NCBI GenBank assembly: GCA_010909165.1
Contig: MU008163.1
Span: forward strand, 2,108,001-2,172,000
Length of the DNA stretch: 64,000 nt
Direction: 5' to 3'
Source of the DNA: Anthoceros angustus
Lineage: Eukaryota; Plantae; Anthocerotophyta
The position numbers and the translations under genes are program-made. This document shows, in pieces, positions 12,191 to 26,746 of the stretch. How positions within the stretch are numbered: the stretch's first letter is position 1; the number at the start of each line of letters is the position of its first letter. The notes beneath the pieces were generated by a model that was not told the DNA's origin, made no database searches, and saw only the letters and a program-made list of their open reading frames with translations.

Positions 12191-15041
12191 ATGGTTCGGA
12201 GACCGGTGAAGGAGCCGTCATGTGGGCTGCCTTGTGTGCAAATCCAAGGCCTGTGTTGTGCCCTGTCACTTATATCGACTGCAGTTTATTTCTGTTCTGG
12301 GGTCTTGGCAGAAGCAGAAGGCAGTGGGGTGAGTGGCTGGCATAGATGTTTGTTGTGGGAAAATTTCTGGTTGGTAAGTGATGCTCATTCCTGTCATGTT
12401 TCCCTCCAGTTTTGTCCCCTGGTTCAAGACATCGAATGTGGACCACGGACTGGTTCCAAGCTTTTGATTAAGGGAGGCATCGTTGTGAATGCTGACCACC
12501 AGCGAGAAGCAGACGTTTTAGTTGAGGATGGGATTATCGCTCGTGTTGCACCTAGGATTGAGGTACTCGGTTCTTCGGGAATTCTATCGACTTGCCACTG
12601 CAATGCAGCTACTGAACGAGTTCATCGTACTGTGGCCAGGTCGCGGATGATGTTGAAGTGATTGATGCCACTGGCAAATATGTCATGCCAGGTAACACCC
12701 CAGACGACAGACTTGAACTCAAAAGCTTCACGGTTTTTCGTCTGTTTCGTTGGAGCCAGCTGGCTGTATGTGCTTCACATGAGAAACCAGAATACCTTAG
12801 CTCGACTGAATTTACTTATTATCAGGTGGAATCGATCCACATACTCACTTGGAGATGCCATTTATGGGCCAAGAAAGCTGTGATGACTTCTTCAGTGGGC
12901 AAGCAGCTGCTCTGGCTGGAGGCACCACCATGCACATTGACTTTGCGATCCCCATCAATGGTGACCTGATCGCTGGTTATAATCAATGGGAGAGGAAAGC
13001 AGCGAGGTCATGTATGGACTATGGCTTCCATATGGCTGTAACTACGTGGAGTGACAAGGTGGCTCAGGATATGGAGACACTAGTTAAAGAGAAAGGTCAG
13101 CTATTGCTTAGGAGGACATCTTGTCAATGTCTGATGTGTTCAGTCATGTGAATGATGGTGAAAGGTACTAACTCTTTCTTTATACAGGGATAAACTCGTT
13201 CAAGTTTTTTCTTGCGTACAAGGGGACCTTGATGGTCACAGATGAGCAATTCTTGCACGGACTGAAAAAGTGCAAAGATCTTGGAGCATTAGCTCAAGTG
13301 CATGCTGAGAACGGGGACGCTGTGGTAGAAGGACAAGCAAGAGTCTATGGGTTGGGAATAACAGGACCCGAAGGACATGCCTTGTCTCGACCTCCTGTTG
13401 TAAGTTCTGCAGACGCTGGTCCTGCAATTGTCACCTTTTTCTTTCTATGCTTTCCATTACAGCTGTTCTCATGGCTTCTCTGTCGCCTTGTAGCTTGAGG
13501 GGGAAGCAACAGGAAGGGCAATCAGACTCGCGAAATTCGTGAACACTCCTCTGTATGTTGTCCATGTGATGAGCATCGATGCCCTGGAAGAAATTGCTCG
13601 TGCACGTCAAGCTGGTACATCTTGAAATGAACCATTTGACGGCTGTGTCCATTTTCTTGTTTACATGCCTCCTGATTTGGCCACTTTTGATTGACTTGTT
13701 CCAGGACAACGAGTTATTGGAGAGCCTGTAGTCTCAGGTTTGGCTTTAGATGATTCTAAATTGTGGGATCCAGATTTTACAACTGCAGCCAAGTAAGCTC
13801 AACTTTCACAAGTCAGCGTAGTTCAGCTATCCTTCAGTGCAAGCTTGCAATCATCGGAAAGGCTCTGACGTGATGAGAGATGTTCAGATTCGTGATGAGT
13901 CCTCCTATTCGTGAGGCTGGACACCAAGAGGCCCTTCAAGATGCTCTGTCAGCTGGAATTCTTCAGGTTGGTTCTTCACTACAAACTGCCATCGTGTATA
14001 AAGATTTAATTCTACTTTCATTCGTAGAGAATATCATGCTCACTCCATTCTGGAATTCAGCTGGTGGGAACAGATCATGCACCGTTCAACTCTACCCAGA
14101 AGGCTGCTGGGCAGCATGATTTCCGGCTCATTCCGAATGGGGTGAACGGTATTTGCACATGGCTGGTTGCTGCAAACCTGCTGTATACCTGGCAGCTTAC
14201 GTGTGGTCTATGCGGTTTGATTCGTGCTGCATGCAGGCATAGAAGAGCGCATGCACATTGTCTGGGATCTGATGGTGGTCAGTATCCGGCGCCTAGCTGT
14301 AATGTTGGGGTCTTTTTGACCAGCTGTGACAGGCTGGAAACAGGGCGTGTCGATTGACGTGTTTGTATGCTCTGATGCACTCAGAATACAGGCAAAATTT
14401 CACCGTCGGACTTTGTCCGGATAACAAGTACTGCCTGGTGAGTGCCAGTTGCGCATGAATTATTGCTACAGGTGTTGGGTAGGGTTACTGCGTCAAATTC
14501 TGAGGTCTTCCTTGCTGTGGCATGGTTTTCGTCAGTGCTCAGATATTCAACATCTACCCAAGAAAAGGAGCAGTTCTGGCTGGATCGGATGCTGACCTCA
14601 TCGTCCTCAACCCCGAAGCCACAACCACTATTAGTGCAAAGACTCATCACTCGAATCTCGACACAAACATTTACGAGGGCTGGACGACGAAGGTAACAGT
14701 CATCTTCCAAGGCTGAACCAGGAACAGTTCTTTTTGTATTAACATCCTTGAGATGTGAGCATCCATGGTTGTCCACTTCTGTTCACCGTTCTTGACACAG
14801 TGGGGCCTCGGCTTTCCAGGGCAAGGTGGAGGTCACCATCAGCCGAGGGAAGGTTGTTTGGCAGCATGGGAAGCTGAGTGTCAATCGTGGCGCTGGAAGA
14901 TACATACCTATGTCACCATTTGGGCCCCTTTTCGACGGCCTCGACAAACTGGATGCCAGAATCTTGGCCTCCATGAAAGCCCCTGTTCAACGGCACTTCA
15001 CCCCCAGTACTACGGCCAGCAAGCATGTGCTGGCACAGTGA
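12191..15041 (+). CDS. PYD2: Dihydropyrimidinase (pyrimidine catabolism), multi-exon, hydrophobic N-terminal signal-like segment
   Basis: KLLIKGGIVVNAD..DATGKYVMPG|GIDPHTHLEMPFMG..AALAGGTTMHIDF..DYGFHMAVT..HAENGD..GPEGHALSRP..FVMSPPIR..VGTDHAPF..IFNIYPRKG..GSDAD amidohydrolase motifs. Confidence 0.95.
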
Positions 15042-16719
15042 TGTCACAATATCTGCCGAACCTGCGACCTCACATCAGGTGATGGCAACATTTGTATAGT
15101 AGAATTATCCAACATCAACCGTCTCCCACAGAGATGACAACCAACGGAAGAAGCTGTCCAACCCTACATGCAAAATGGTGGGCTGAACTCATTGGGGACT
15201 GGTTATTCGATCCTGGACTGCTTCCATGTAAAGAACGTCGTGAGAACAGGTGTAACACAAGACGTGTGTCCCAACTGGTCCATGCCCTACACACACGGCA
15301 CACCGTCAGAGGGTGCCACAAGGCAGCATCTGGATAGTGGCAACTGCTGTAACTTCCGTGAATGTACTCTCACCAGCTTTCCATCCTCTGACAGGCCGCA
15401 AGTGGGCCTGTCCTTCCGCCATCGATACGCAGGATTCCAACTGGACGAAAGGCGGCCCTTCCTCTGGGCCGTGCAACTCCTCACTGTGCTGGTAGCTGCA
15501 GAGCCGTCCTTCAGCATCAGGCTATGCGCATGTCTGGTGACTGCCATGGCCTCTTAAAAATTTCTGTAACTTCTTTCGTCGCGAGTGCTGGCTGCTTGGC
15601 CTGGAGACAGGTCAGTCTCCGGGGCATCGTCATCACCAAGCCTCCCCACCACAGCACATGCCGCTTGGCGTCTACATCCTAGATTCCCGCATTGACGAGT
15701 ACCTTCCGGATGTGCAAGGAAGGCAGAGTTCTACAATACATCGGGTCTCGTTCTTGTTCTCTCTTGGTTTGATAGAAACAAGCTACAAAGAATTCGGCTG
15801 TGTCAGACACATGTTATGGCTCTCCGTGTCCTCTGTCAAAACTTAGCCTTTGTCTCAAACATATATGTGACCTACTCTCTCAGGTAGGAAGATCAGTCCT
15901 CATGGGCGGGCTGGAGCTTCTCGTACTTTCTGCCGGAGTGTTTTCTACTAGTCCTGATGCTCTTGTGCTCAGGGGCTGCTGTAATCTGCAATTGGATCAG
16001 CCAAGCTATCCTTTAGAGAAGAGAACCAAAAGAGGAAAACAATTAGCAAGCACACCTTTGAATCAGCAGAAGCACATTCGTCAGACGCAAGCAGGAAAGA
16101 CATCCAAGGATTGGTCGTTCCACTTGGGATTAGGAGTGAACATAAATATACAAAGGTGTTCCAAAGAATCAATGTTCTACCACGAACAGAGGAACTAAGC
16201 ACCTCCCTCTCAGTCTCCATAATACTTAACATCGCCGAAATACAGGCCGCAGATGGCCTGGACTGGAGTTGCAACCTGTAACTCAAAGAGCATAAAAGTT
16301 TCTGTGGCGTCACTGCTGGAGGGGACATGGTCACTTCCCTCTCCTAGTTTACTACAACCAGCCAGCAGCTCATCTATCCCCCAGCGACCCGACTAAGTCT
16401 CCCCTACTCTAACCTAACCTCTCTGGAAAATTGCTGTAAAGCATATTAGATGGCCTAGACGTACTAAGGTTGGATTCTAGAACGTGCCAGCCAAGATGGC
16501 TTGGATCCGAATAGCAACTTGTTCGGCCCCTCTGCACATCAATGCCCACGAGAACCCATGCAGCAAATGTTTTCTGCTTACTGGTTGGCACGCAGAAAAA
16601 GTAACCGAGAGAAAGCAAATCATGCCACTCCCATGCCTGCCTGAATAGCACTTCCTCTCAGAGATTAGAAGACCACTCTAGTGTCCGTCCACATAAGTGA
16701 ATGCAGCATCCATCATGCT

Positions 16720-19699
16720 TCAACGGCCATCAGCTGAAGTAAAAGAGTCCACAAATCCTGGAGGCGGATTAGGAAGACTTGCCTCGGTGCGGTCCATATC
16801 ACTCACTGACGAATCCTCATAAGCCTGCCATCTCTTGAGAGCCTGTGGTAGAGTCAGCTCCAAGTCGATACCTGCACTGTCCTCAGCGTCAAAACTTGTT
16901 GGCTTCCACCTTTCCACCAGAGGTGCCAAAACGTTGACCGCATGCCCCATATCCGGACGCTGATAAGGCTCCCGAGCAGTGCAGTGGCCTGCAAGTTCAG
17001 CCACAGTGGTGATGCTCTGGAACGTCTCCTCTGAAAGCTCGATGGAGATGTCACATGCCCGCTGCAGTGCCTCCTTATTCATATTCATGCGCTTGAACCA
17101 CGTTACAAGGTGCACATTTTCTTCCGACTGGGTCTCATCTAGTGCCTTTCGACCAGTGATAAGCTCCATTAGGATAACTCCGAAACTGAACACATCAGCC
17201 TTGGTGGTAACACGTCCAGTAACTGCAAGGAGACGAAGCGACACAAGCTCAGCACGACAAGAGGCTGGCACATCACACAACTGTCCTAGCACAACAAGAA
17301 AACAAGAACAACAAGAGCTCGAATGACCTCGGCTTACCAGCATACTCGGGTGCTAAATATCCAAAAGTGCCAGCCAGCCTCGTCTCCACAGAATACTTCC
17401 CCTCGGGTGCCAGCTTCACCAGGCCGAAGTCAGAAACCTTAGCCCGCAAATCATCCCCCAGAAGAATATTGGAGGGCTTCAAATCACGGTGGATGAAGCT
17501 CTTGTGAGCAAGGCCATGCAGGTACTCAATGCCCCGAGCCACATCAAGAGCAATCACCAGCCTCTGCTTCCAGGTGAGCGCCTTGCACTCATACCTGGCA
17601 TACTCGAACAGATGCTGGCTGAGAGTGCCTTGGGGCATGTACTCGTAGACCAGCAACTTCTCATTGCCATCCACACAGTAACCCAAAAGCCCCACCAAAT
17701 GCCTGTGCCGAACCTTGGTCAGCACCTGGATCTCAGCCTGGAACTCATCCATACCCTTGTTGGACACTGCTGCAGCCTCCATCCTCTTCACCGCAATCTT
17801 GGTACCATCCCCTAGCTCCCCCTTGTACACTACTCCGAACCCGCCCCTCCCAAGGATGTTCTCGTCACTGAAGTTATTGGTAACCTCCCGCAGGATCTGC
17901 ATGGAGATGATAAAGTTCCCCCCCTCCACCGGAATCGAGCTGGGTCCACTGTGTGCTCTCCCATCCGACTCACTGGGACTCCCATTGCCAACCACAATCT
18001 TCACCACCTCATCCGACTCACGATGAGGCTCGATCAAGTTATTCGGGCTCTGCACCCTCCAGGCCCCCACCCTCTTCCTCCGGTACACAAAGTAGGCACA
18101 CAGCGCAATCAAAACCAAAATGGCCACCGCCCCAACCACAGACCCCGCCACCAAACCCACCGAAACCGACGACGACTTGGGAGACCCGGTCGAGGTCCCA
18201 TTCCCGCTGCCCTGCGGGGTCCCCGGGGTGTTAGAGGGCGGGGAGCCGGGGGAAGGAGGAGTCCCGCGGGGCGAGGGAGGAGGAGAAGGAGTCCCGGGGG
18301 GAGATCCAGAACCGGAGATGAGAGGATTTCCGGAAATGAGCAACACCCCGGCGGGGAAGTCAGGCACAGGACCTGAGAAATTGTTGTTGGACAGGTCCAC
18401 CAGCTTGATGTTGGGCAGAGCAGCGAGAGAGGCCGGAATGGTCCCAAAGAGATGGTTCCCAGCCAGCTTCAGCTGCGTGAGGCCCTGCAAGTCCCCGAGG
18501 GAGTCGGACAGCGTCCCTGTCAGATTCTGGTTGGTCACGGTGATGCTGGTGACGACCCCGGCGTTGCAGACCACCCCCAACCAGCCCGGTGTCGTCGTGC
18601 ACGGATCCGCCCCTCCCCAGCTATTCAGAGCCGAGGGAAAATTGACATCTGCGAGGAAGGCGATGAGAGCCGTGGTCTGTGCGCTGCAGTTCACTCCAGG
18701 CCCGGCGCTGCAGAAGTTGTTGCCATCATAGGTGACAGTGGTGCCAGGCAGGGACGGGATCTGACCCACCAGCTTGTTATTCTGCACGTTGAACACCTTG
18801 AGCTGGGAGAGGCCGGAGATGGAAGCCGGGATAGTGCCCACCAAATCGTTGTCATTCAGCTCCACATCCGTCAGCCCCAGCACGTTCCCGAGCTCCTCCG
18901 GGATGGTCCCAGAAAACGAGTTCTGCTGGAGCCAGAGCGCGTTGAGCGCGGGGATGCTGCCCACCACGGTGATGGGTCCCGAGAGCCCGCCCCCGCTCCC
19001 CCCCTGCCCGTTGAGCTTGAGCTGGGTGAGCCCCGCGAGGCTGGAGAAGGTCCCCGGGATCCCGCCCGACATCCCATTCCCCCCGAGGTTCAGCACGGAC
19101 AGCTGCCCGAACGTCCCGATGAACTCCGGGATGGCACCCACCACGTTGCACCGGGACAGCGTCAGGTTCTGCAGCGCCGTGGCCTGCGCCAACCCCGCCG
19201 GAATGCTCCACCCCGCCGTCCCGTTCAGCCCCGGATTGTTGTCCAGCGACAGCACCTGGGCCGCCACCAGCCCGTCGAAGAAGTCCCCCGGGATGGAGGT
19301 GAACTGGTTGTTGGCCAGGAAGAGCGTGGTGAGCGTCTTCACATTGGCGAAGGACGGCATGGCCCCGGTGAAGTTGTTGTTCTGCGCGTCCAGGCGCGTG
19401 AATCCTGGCAACTGTGCTATCTTCCCGCTCAGCGTGCCCTCCAGCCCCGAGTCCTTGAGGAACATGGTGATCACGTCCCCGCTGCTGCTGCACTGCACCT
19501 TCTCCCACCCGCTCCCGCACGGGTCCGTCACCGGCCACCCTATGTTCCCCGCATTGCTGATCTCGCCGAATATCTCATTCAACAGCGCCATGTTGTTGGT
19601 CACCCCCCGCGCCCCGCACACCAGCCCCACAAACAGCACCAGCAGCAGCGCCCGCCGCCATCCTCCTCCTCCCCTCCTCCTCATCATCATCCTCCGCAT
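16720..19699 (-). CDS. TMK1: TMK-family (LRR-IX) leucine-rich-repeat receptor kinase, 2 exons (intron 17223-17337)
   Basis: Signal peptide; two LRR blocks split by a Cys-pair island (NNFC..C / DPC..W.GVVC); Ser/Pro/Gly stalk; TM helix; kinase with [52 protein letters not shown]|VTGR; TMK-typical end [12 protein letters not shown]. Confidence 0.95.
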
Positions 19700-22114
19700 G
19701 CAAACACAAACTCAAACTCCAACAAGCCTCCCTCTTCCGTAAGCCTCCTTCGCTACGAGGTCTCAACGTCTCAACGTCTCACACAAGAAAGACAACACAC
19801 TCGCATTATCCTCGCACTCGGAATGTCGCATGTCGCTCGTCGAGGAACGCCGAGGAGGGTGCTATTGCCCAGTTCGCCGCCGCCAGCGATCATATGACTC
19901 AGCTTCCGGCTGCTCGAGGCGAGGGGACCGTCTACAACCCAAAAAGAGCACGATTTCACAGTGAGCTCGGAGGCCTGACGTACACAAAATGCGGGACAAT
20001 GCGGGGCACGGAGGGGCGGAAGACGGGGAGGAGGAGGAGCATGGAAAGGGGTGAGCTCGCGCACTCACTCACCTCACCTGGGGCGGGGACCCGGAAGAGA
20101 GCTCCTCCTGCAATGCATGCGCATCGAAAGTGCTGGGGACCCCGGCAGCCTGCGACCTTGCGCTGCTGTGTCTTAGCTGGACTGCGAGCGCGGCTCCGGC
20201 CCGCCTCCAGAGTCCCAGTCCCCGCTCCCGCATCCAGCCTGTAATAGCGAGGCCAGGGGCCCAGGACCCAGGACCCAGGACCCAGGACAGGACGCCGCGT
20301 TAACTGGAGTTATCCTAACCCGGGTTCCGGTGCGCGTCCCCAGGTCAAGCCGGGGCTTCGTCACACTCACACTGGGCGCGCCGAGGCGCCCCTCCGAGCT
20401 CGAGCGAGCAGGCCCCCCGGCGCTGTCTTGCAACCGGGCCCCGGGCCCCCAACCGTATGATGCAGGATGGAGAAGCCTGGTGCCTGGCCCACGACTGGCG
20501 TCGCACTTCCCGCATGTGACATACATGTGCGTCTTGCTGCTCACGACGGACACACGCACACGCACACTGCCACACATACATACAACAACGGCACGCTGCT
20601 TCTCACAATGCTCTTTTCTAGGGTTTTGTTGTCCATGAGCGGATGGCAACGCAGAAGACAAGGCACGAGGCTGCGCTTTGTTGCTTTGTTGCTTTGTTGT
20701 GTTGTGTCCCTGAGCGTATGGCAATGTGGACAAAGGAGATGGAACATGCGATGAGATGGCAGAGGCGGTAGGGTAGGTATGGAGGAAAGTACGTCGTATG
20801 ATGCCAAAGGCGACAGGAGTGGGACATGGTGTTTTTGCTTTCTTTCTCGCCCGCCTCCGGCTGCGACTCCGGCTCCGGCTCCGGCTCCCGCTCCGACCCG
20901 ACCCCACTTAACGGCCGGGGCCGGGCCGGGTGGCGACACTTTTTGATGCAAAGTTTTGGGGGAGGGGGGAATTTTGTGGCCATGTTTGTGCCGTGGTGGT
21001 AGGCGACGGCGCGCCGAGTTTGGGTGTGGACCAATGATGACGCCGCGGCAGGCCGTTGGGCCCGACACAAGCTCAAGCTCACCCTCGCCCTCGCCGGGAT
21101 GCGCCGATTTCTACTCACCGCCTCCAACTGGCGCCTGCCCCCGCTTGTCCCCAGATCTTGGTCCCCTGGGTCGCCACGACCCGCTGAGCTTGCAAGCCAC
21201 ACGACAACCCTACAAAGCTATACCTGCTTTGTACCTACGTGCATTGTTTTCGATTTCAGTGGTATCAAAAACGAGTCAAGGGTGTGTGGGGAGATGAGGT
21301 TGTGGGATACCGCTGATGCAAGCAAGCTCTCACAAGGGCTTCCCAGTTTGGGTACTGATGACCCGCCCTCACCGGACGATGCACTTCGGTGAAAGCAGTA
21401 CCTCGGTATTTCTGCAAGGTCGCAGGAGTTGTGGCCCAGACAGAGCTGCAAGAACCAGCCCAATGCTCTCCAACACAAGTGAAATGCAATGTCTGAGCGT
21501 GGCCACATATCGACAACCTGATACGGTAGGGAGCCCACCTCAACCTAATAGGTACCTGCAGCCTTACATGCCTATTAGGGAGCCCCCACATATTATCCAT
21601 CTGCCTCATACCTACCATCTTGTATGTTAGCTATGTCCTCTTTTCCAGCCTTACATGTTAGAGAGCCAAGCTGTTATCCTTCGACCCCACAGGCTCAAAC
21701 AGGGATCCTGCCAAGGCTCTTGTAAGAAATTAATGTCCGTGATATCAACCTCTTCGATATGGGTATAACTTTATTCAGATCAAATTCCTGAAACACCTTA
21801 TATTAAACTGAGGGATTCTTCAGAACCACTACCTGAATGTTCCGGGGATACAGCAGCTTGCTTCATATCAGAGGAAGATTCTGATCTATCTGCTCCAGAT
21901 GCGACCATGGGCGCGCTTGAGATCCTCTTCTGAATAAATAGGCATTCAGATGCACGCAACCACGTCGTCCCAAAAAGACACTATTAGGACACAAATTAAA
22001 TGTACAATGTAGTCCGTCCTGGACATTCGCAAGCTAAACATGAAAGTGCGGAGTATGAACTCCAGGGCTACCACAATCCAAAAGGGTTCATTCTACGTCG
22101 AGCAAGTGTCGTAC

Positions 22115-23558
22115 TCAGGGCCCAAACACGTTGGCCACCCGAGCCCTGTCGGATGGCGCGGGTCTCCGGTCCGTGGGAGTGATGATTTGGGGCATGGACA
22201 TGCCACCGGAAACAACTATTTCTGCAGGGAGAGTTATCCTGTCAGTGCCATGTCGGCTGACCAACGAGAACATCGAGTGGCAGATGAAGTGCAGGAACAT
22301 GACCAGAGAGAGGGTAGAATCGCACGCATGAATGTGGGCACAAGGCTTACCAATTCCTTCGCGAACAGACAGATTGGGCCGAATCACATCGCGTGAGTTG
22401 ACAAGGAAGATATCGCCGATGTAGAGGTGATTTGTTGGGACGTAGATGCTGCAAAGCTCCTCGTCGCCGGAGTCGTTCTGTAGCAGATGGGTAAAACAGT
22501 TCATCATCCGAACCTAATAAAATCCATACATCACAAGCTGTAAGAGAAATTGAGACAAATGTGATGAATCTTTTCTGGAACCTGGAGAGTGAGGGAGGAC
22601 GTGATGAACCCAAAAGCATATTCTCCTACGCGTGGATGTCTGATGATCGCTACCTCCTTGAAAGCCTGGGTGTTTTGATCTGAGACAAGAATTAGATTAG
22701 TCCACAGAACAGTTCCTCACTCAACTCTCAACCATGCGCCATCCCATGCTGTGATCATGTTTGGCTGAAGAGTGACAAATTGAGGCTATCCTCACCTGGG
22801 GAAATAGCTGCACTAATCTGCTTAGAAGCAGAATAGATGTGCTTCACAAGTGGCATCCGCTTGATGAACCACTCCCCGACCCAGAGCACAGACGCTCCCA
22901 TCCAAGACGAAACAAACACACCAATAAAGAAGATGAAAACTACAGTGGTGACAAACCCTAGCCCTGCACATCAACGGCCACCCCGAGCTCAAACAATGCC
23001 TTCGATAGCCGACTCCCCCACAGCGCCAGCAGCACCCATGGCCCCGCATCGTACAGCACAGGAGACCCCAAACTCACCGAACACACTGATCCCCAGATGC
23101 TTATAAATAGGCGAGAAAAAGCCATCGAAAAACTTGATGAACCACCAGGTGATGTAAAATGTGATCGCGATAGGAAAGAGGATCACGCTGGCAATTCCCA
23201 CCACGAAACCTTAGACCCGGGAGCCCGGCAGACGAGCACCAACAGACCCTAACAAACCAGCCTCCAAGCTTACCAGCCAGTCATAAACTTTTTGGACGCC
23301 CAGCTTTGCAGAACCCCGAGCAGCGCCTGGCCACATAACGGAGCCACAACTGTGAGCGGCAAGCACCGAGTAGGCCAAAGCCGCAGCAGAGATCAGAGCA
23401 AGACATACCTCGCGACCGGAGTGGTAGGCAGAATTAGGAGCCGGGCCGGCTTTGACTGGATCTTCCACGTCCTCTCCATGGCTTTGCATGAGCAGCTCCC
23501 GGTCTACGGCAATGCGAGTTCCCATCGGCGAGGAAGGGGCGGCCTTATCATCTCCCAT
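22115..23558 (-). CDS. COV1: COV1/LCV-like membrane protein (DUF502), multi-exon
   Basis: WASKKFMTG|VILFPIAITFYITWWFIKFFDGFFSPIY..GEWFIKRMPLVKHIYSASKQISAAISP..HPRVGEYAFGFITS..CSIYVPTNHLYIGDIFLVNS.DVIRPNLSVREGI|EIVVSGGMSMPQ. Confidence 0.93.
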
Positions 23559-24146
23559 CAAAGATACCAGTGGGTGCTCTTACCCCAGTGCTGGCTCCCC
23601 TAGGGGACACGGTTCCCGCGCGAATTGCCAGACCATGCATAAGCTGGCGCCCGCCCCCGCCCCGGGAGCGGCAACAAGGGTCGATCGGCGTGGAGCTTCA
23701 CGACGGCGCGGAATAGGGGTAGCAAGGCAGGCCTGCAACCCAGCTGCGAAAAACCTGCTGCTGCTGCTGCTCCTCCTGCAGGGCGGCGGGGTTGCCGTGT
23801 GGGGGCGGGAGCGCCGGTTTTTGCAACTCCTAATGCGCAATTCCAAAAAATGCCCTCAGAAATGTCGCTTGTCCTGGATAAAGTCGGCCAACGTTTCCAA
23901 ACCGGCGCTGTAAAAAACAATAGAAACAGGAACTGGTCTATGGTCTATTTGGAGGGTCCCAATTTGGATTTGGCATTGGGTGGGGCGAGAATTGTTTATT
24001 AGGTGACTTGGAATGACCTCAAATATCTAGCATGGAAAACAGTTTGAAATCACAACATTCTATGGCTGTGATGGCAAACTTTTTAAGTATAAAATAAGAA
24101 TGCAAGAAAGCTATCCTGTGTTTTACCTATATATGTATATCGAAAT

Positions 24147-24216
24147 TTAGCAAAGGCATGTTTCTCTTAGCAAAGGCATATTTCTCTTAGCAAAGGCATG
24201 TTTCTCTCAGCAAAGG
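24147..24216. repeat. 20-bp tandem repeat (TTAGCAAAGGCATGTTTCTC) x~3.5
   Basis: Read directly. Confidence 0.85.
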
Positions 24217-26746
24217 TCAAGGTTATCCTATTGCCAGTGTATGATCAAACACTGGCAATGGGTAGGACTATTATCTTATATCATGCAAAGCTCTATTTCT
24301 TGTACACCAATTTATGAAAGTCATGTCGTGTAACAACATGATAACTTCTCCGTGCAATGTATTGCTATCATAGGGATCTAAGTGGCCATCCTTTCCTACA
24401 CATCTTGATTTGCCACCATCAGCCTCGTCCATTTTTTTTGTTCTAAGGTCGTTTAGTTTAGGCAAGTGGTTGAAGACTCGTTCATGATTACTTTGGACCA
24501 TGAAGTAAAAATGATTGGGGCGCTTTTGAGCTTGCTGCGAAGAATCTAGTGCATCCAAAAACTAGGATGAGATAAAAAAAGATACAAAGAAGAGACAAGG
24601 TCCGTTAGCTCCAAGGAACAAGGTCCCTATAAGTTGAAAGTTACAATGTTCTATTGGTGTGGAAGTTGGTAACAGTAGTTCCCATGGGAAAAATATTCTT
24701 TTAAAAGTCGTTTCTTCCATCTCACACTAAGTTCTAAGGCATGTCTGCCAATATCTTCCCGTCACAAGTGCAAGTAGCAACTCACAAAGTGAAGTTTGCA
24801 AAGCAAGCGGTTGCTTAGGATGTAGAGGAGGTAGCGCAAGCCGCGAAGACGGCAAGTTACTTCGTAGAGGACGCACCCAGGCCGCAGATGCATCAAGGCA
24901 TGCCCTGCCGCTGCTGTGCTTAAACTCCCCTAATTCCTTAAATGCCCCTATTTATGTGAAACTGTGGATTTATGTGAAATCACATGGATAGGGTGGTTAG
25001 GTACTTTATCTCCAGTTTGATTATAGGTAATGAAGACAAGAATTATTCAGCGAGAAACAAGATTGTAAATCAATGAGGATCGTACACCACTTCATAGTTG
25101 GCCAGATGCATATACGTACTTGAATTGAAAACATTTATGTTGTAAAACACATGGATGAGATGGTCGGGTGGGGAGAAGCCGAAGTACGTCCCATAGTCTG
25201 CCGATTAGGCGCGGTTGTATGACATAATCCTTGTGGGGGTTACAAACATTTCAAACTCCTTCGGGGTTGTAACTCTTACCTCCATGGTAATTCTCGTCGC
25301 GATTATAACCTTTTACCTTAAATGTAGCCGGTTTCCGGTGTCCAATGAAATTACGTGTTTTAAAAAATATATGGGAATGTAAGCCTATTCCTGGTAATAT
25401 ACTACCTCAAAAGGGTTACAATGTTGTAATAGTCAAGAGCGATGTTGCAAAAATGAAAACTCATATTATAAAAGAGTTATGTTGTAATAATCATAACTTT
25501 GTGTTGCAAACACATCATATTCTAATATTCAAAGGTGTTACTAATTTCTATGATTCTTTCTACCTAGTACATGTGATCTATAGGTTAGACTTTCTGGAAT
25601 AGTATGTCATATCCAATTTGCAGAAAAAAATGGCGACGCATCACAGCCACGCCATTTAAGCATCCCGTCACTAAAGCTAGCAGCACACCTTGAAACATAC
25701 ATGCAACTTAGACCAGCTCAAGAACAAAGTCAAGTTGATTGTGGTCTAGAAGTCTCCTTGTCACATTGTATGATGTATTAGATGGGATCAGTTATTTCTC
25801 TTTCGGACATAAACACCTCCACACAAATATAGAAAAAGGAGATATATTAAGCTAGATATAATTTTAAACCTTGTTAACGCACTTAAAGTAGAGGTCAGTG
25901 ATTAGTTGCTTAAGGTATTGAAAAAGTGAGTCCGTGCTCCTTCATTTAAGGGTGGATTCACACTAGTTTACCATACTTATGATATTTGAAATTTAAGAGT
26001 CATGAAAAGGCCACCTTGCAATCCCGGCATCCTGCTTTTGTGCCATCACTATACAGATTACAAAGAGCCCTAATCAATGGTACAAACGCTTGAAGCTGGA
26101 AAGCAAAGCGCTTACAACAACGTCACTGGAGGAGATGGACAACATCAAGTCGCATCAGCCAAGGGAGTCGTTCCTGCAGTACTTGGATGGAGGTGCTTTG
26201 CCCTTCCAAACACACCCTTTGCAAGAGCCGTCAGTCTCATCTCCTTGTGCTCCTCCACAGATTGGTGGTCTTCCATCTTCTCTTCCGTTTAACATGCTTG
26301 CATCTTCATTTCTTGTCTGCCCTCCTGACTAAGAGTCCCTACTGTATCCTGCAGGCTCCATGCTTTTGCAACCAACCTTCAACACCACGCCTCCATTTCT
26401 CCCCCATCTCTGCCGGCTGGTAAACAAAGACAAGGCACAGCTACCATCATGAAGACTCTTGATATGTATAACTGTGGAAGACCACATGTACACTAACCCT
26501 CCCCTGGACTGTTGGTTTGAATGTTTTTTTTTGTTTTTCTTATGTTTTGTGTGATGGAGTGCTTAGGAAATGTCCGAGGTAAGGCCTTTTATACTAAAAG
26601 TGGTCCTTGGCCCATGACAATATTACTTTTTAGTCCTTGGACCTCGAACTGGTGAATGTCAGGCCAGGCTATAAGGTCCTTGGACCTTGGGATTTTTAGG
26701 AATAAAAATTGTCTATATAAGATGGGGGATCCTTCATTCAGCAACA

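Noticed and set aside
17951-19897. Long plus-strand ORFs (481, 322, 203 aa) opposite TMK
   Set aside because: Antisense shadows of a GC3-rich coding sequence with no recognisable domains.
20173-21297. Several 100-240 aa ORFs upstream of TMK
   Set aside because: GC-rich promoter/leader with microsatellites (GGACCCA, GGCTCC); translations are low-complexity and motif-free.
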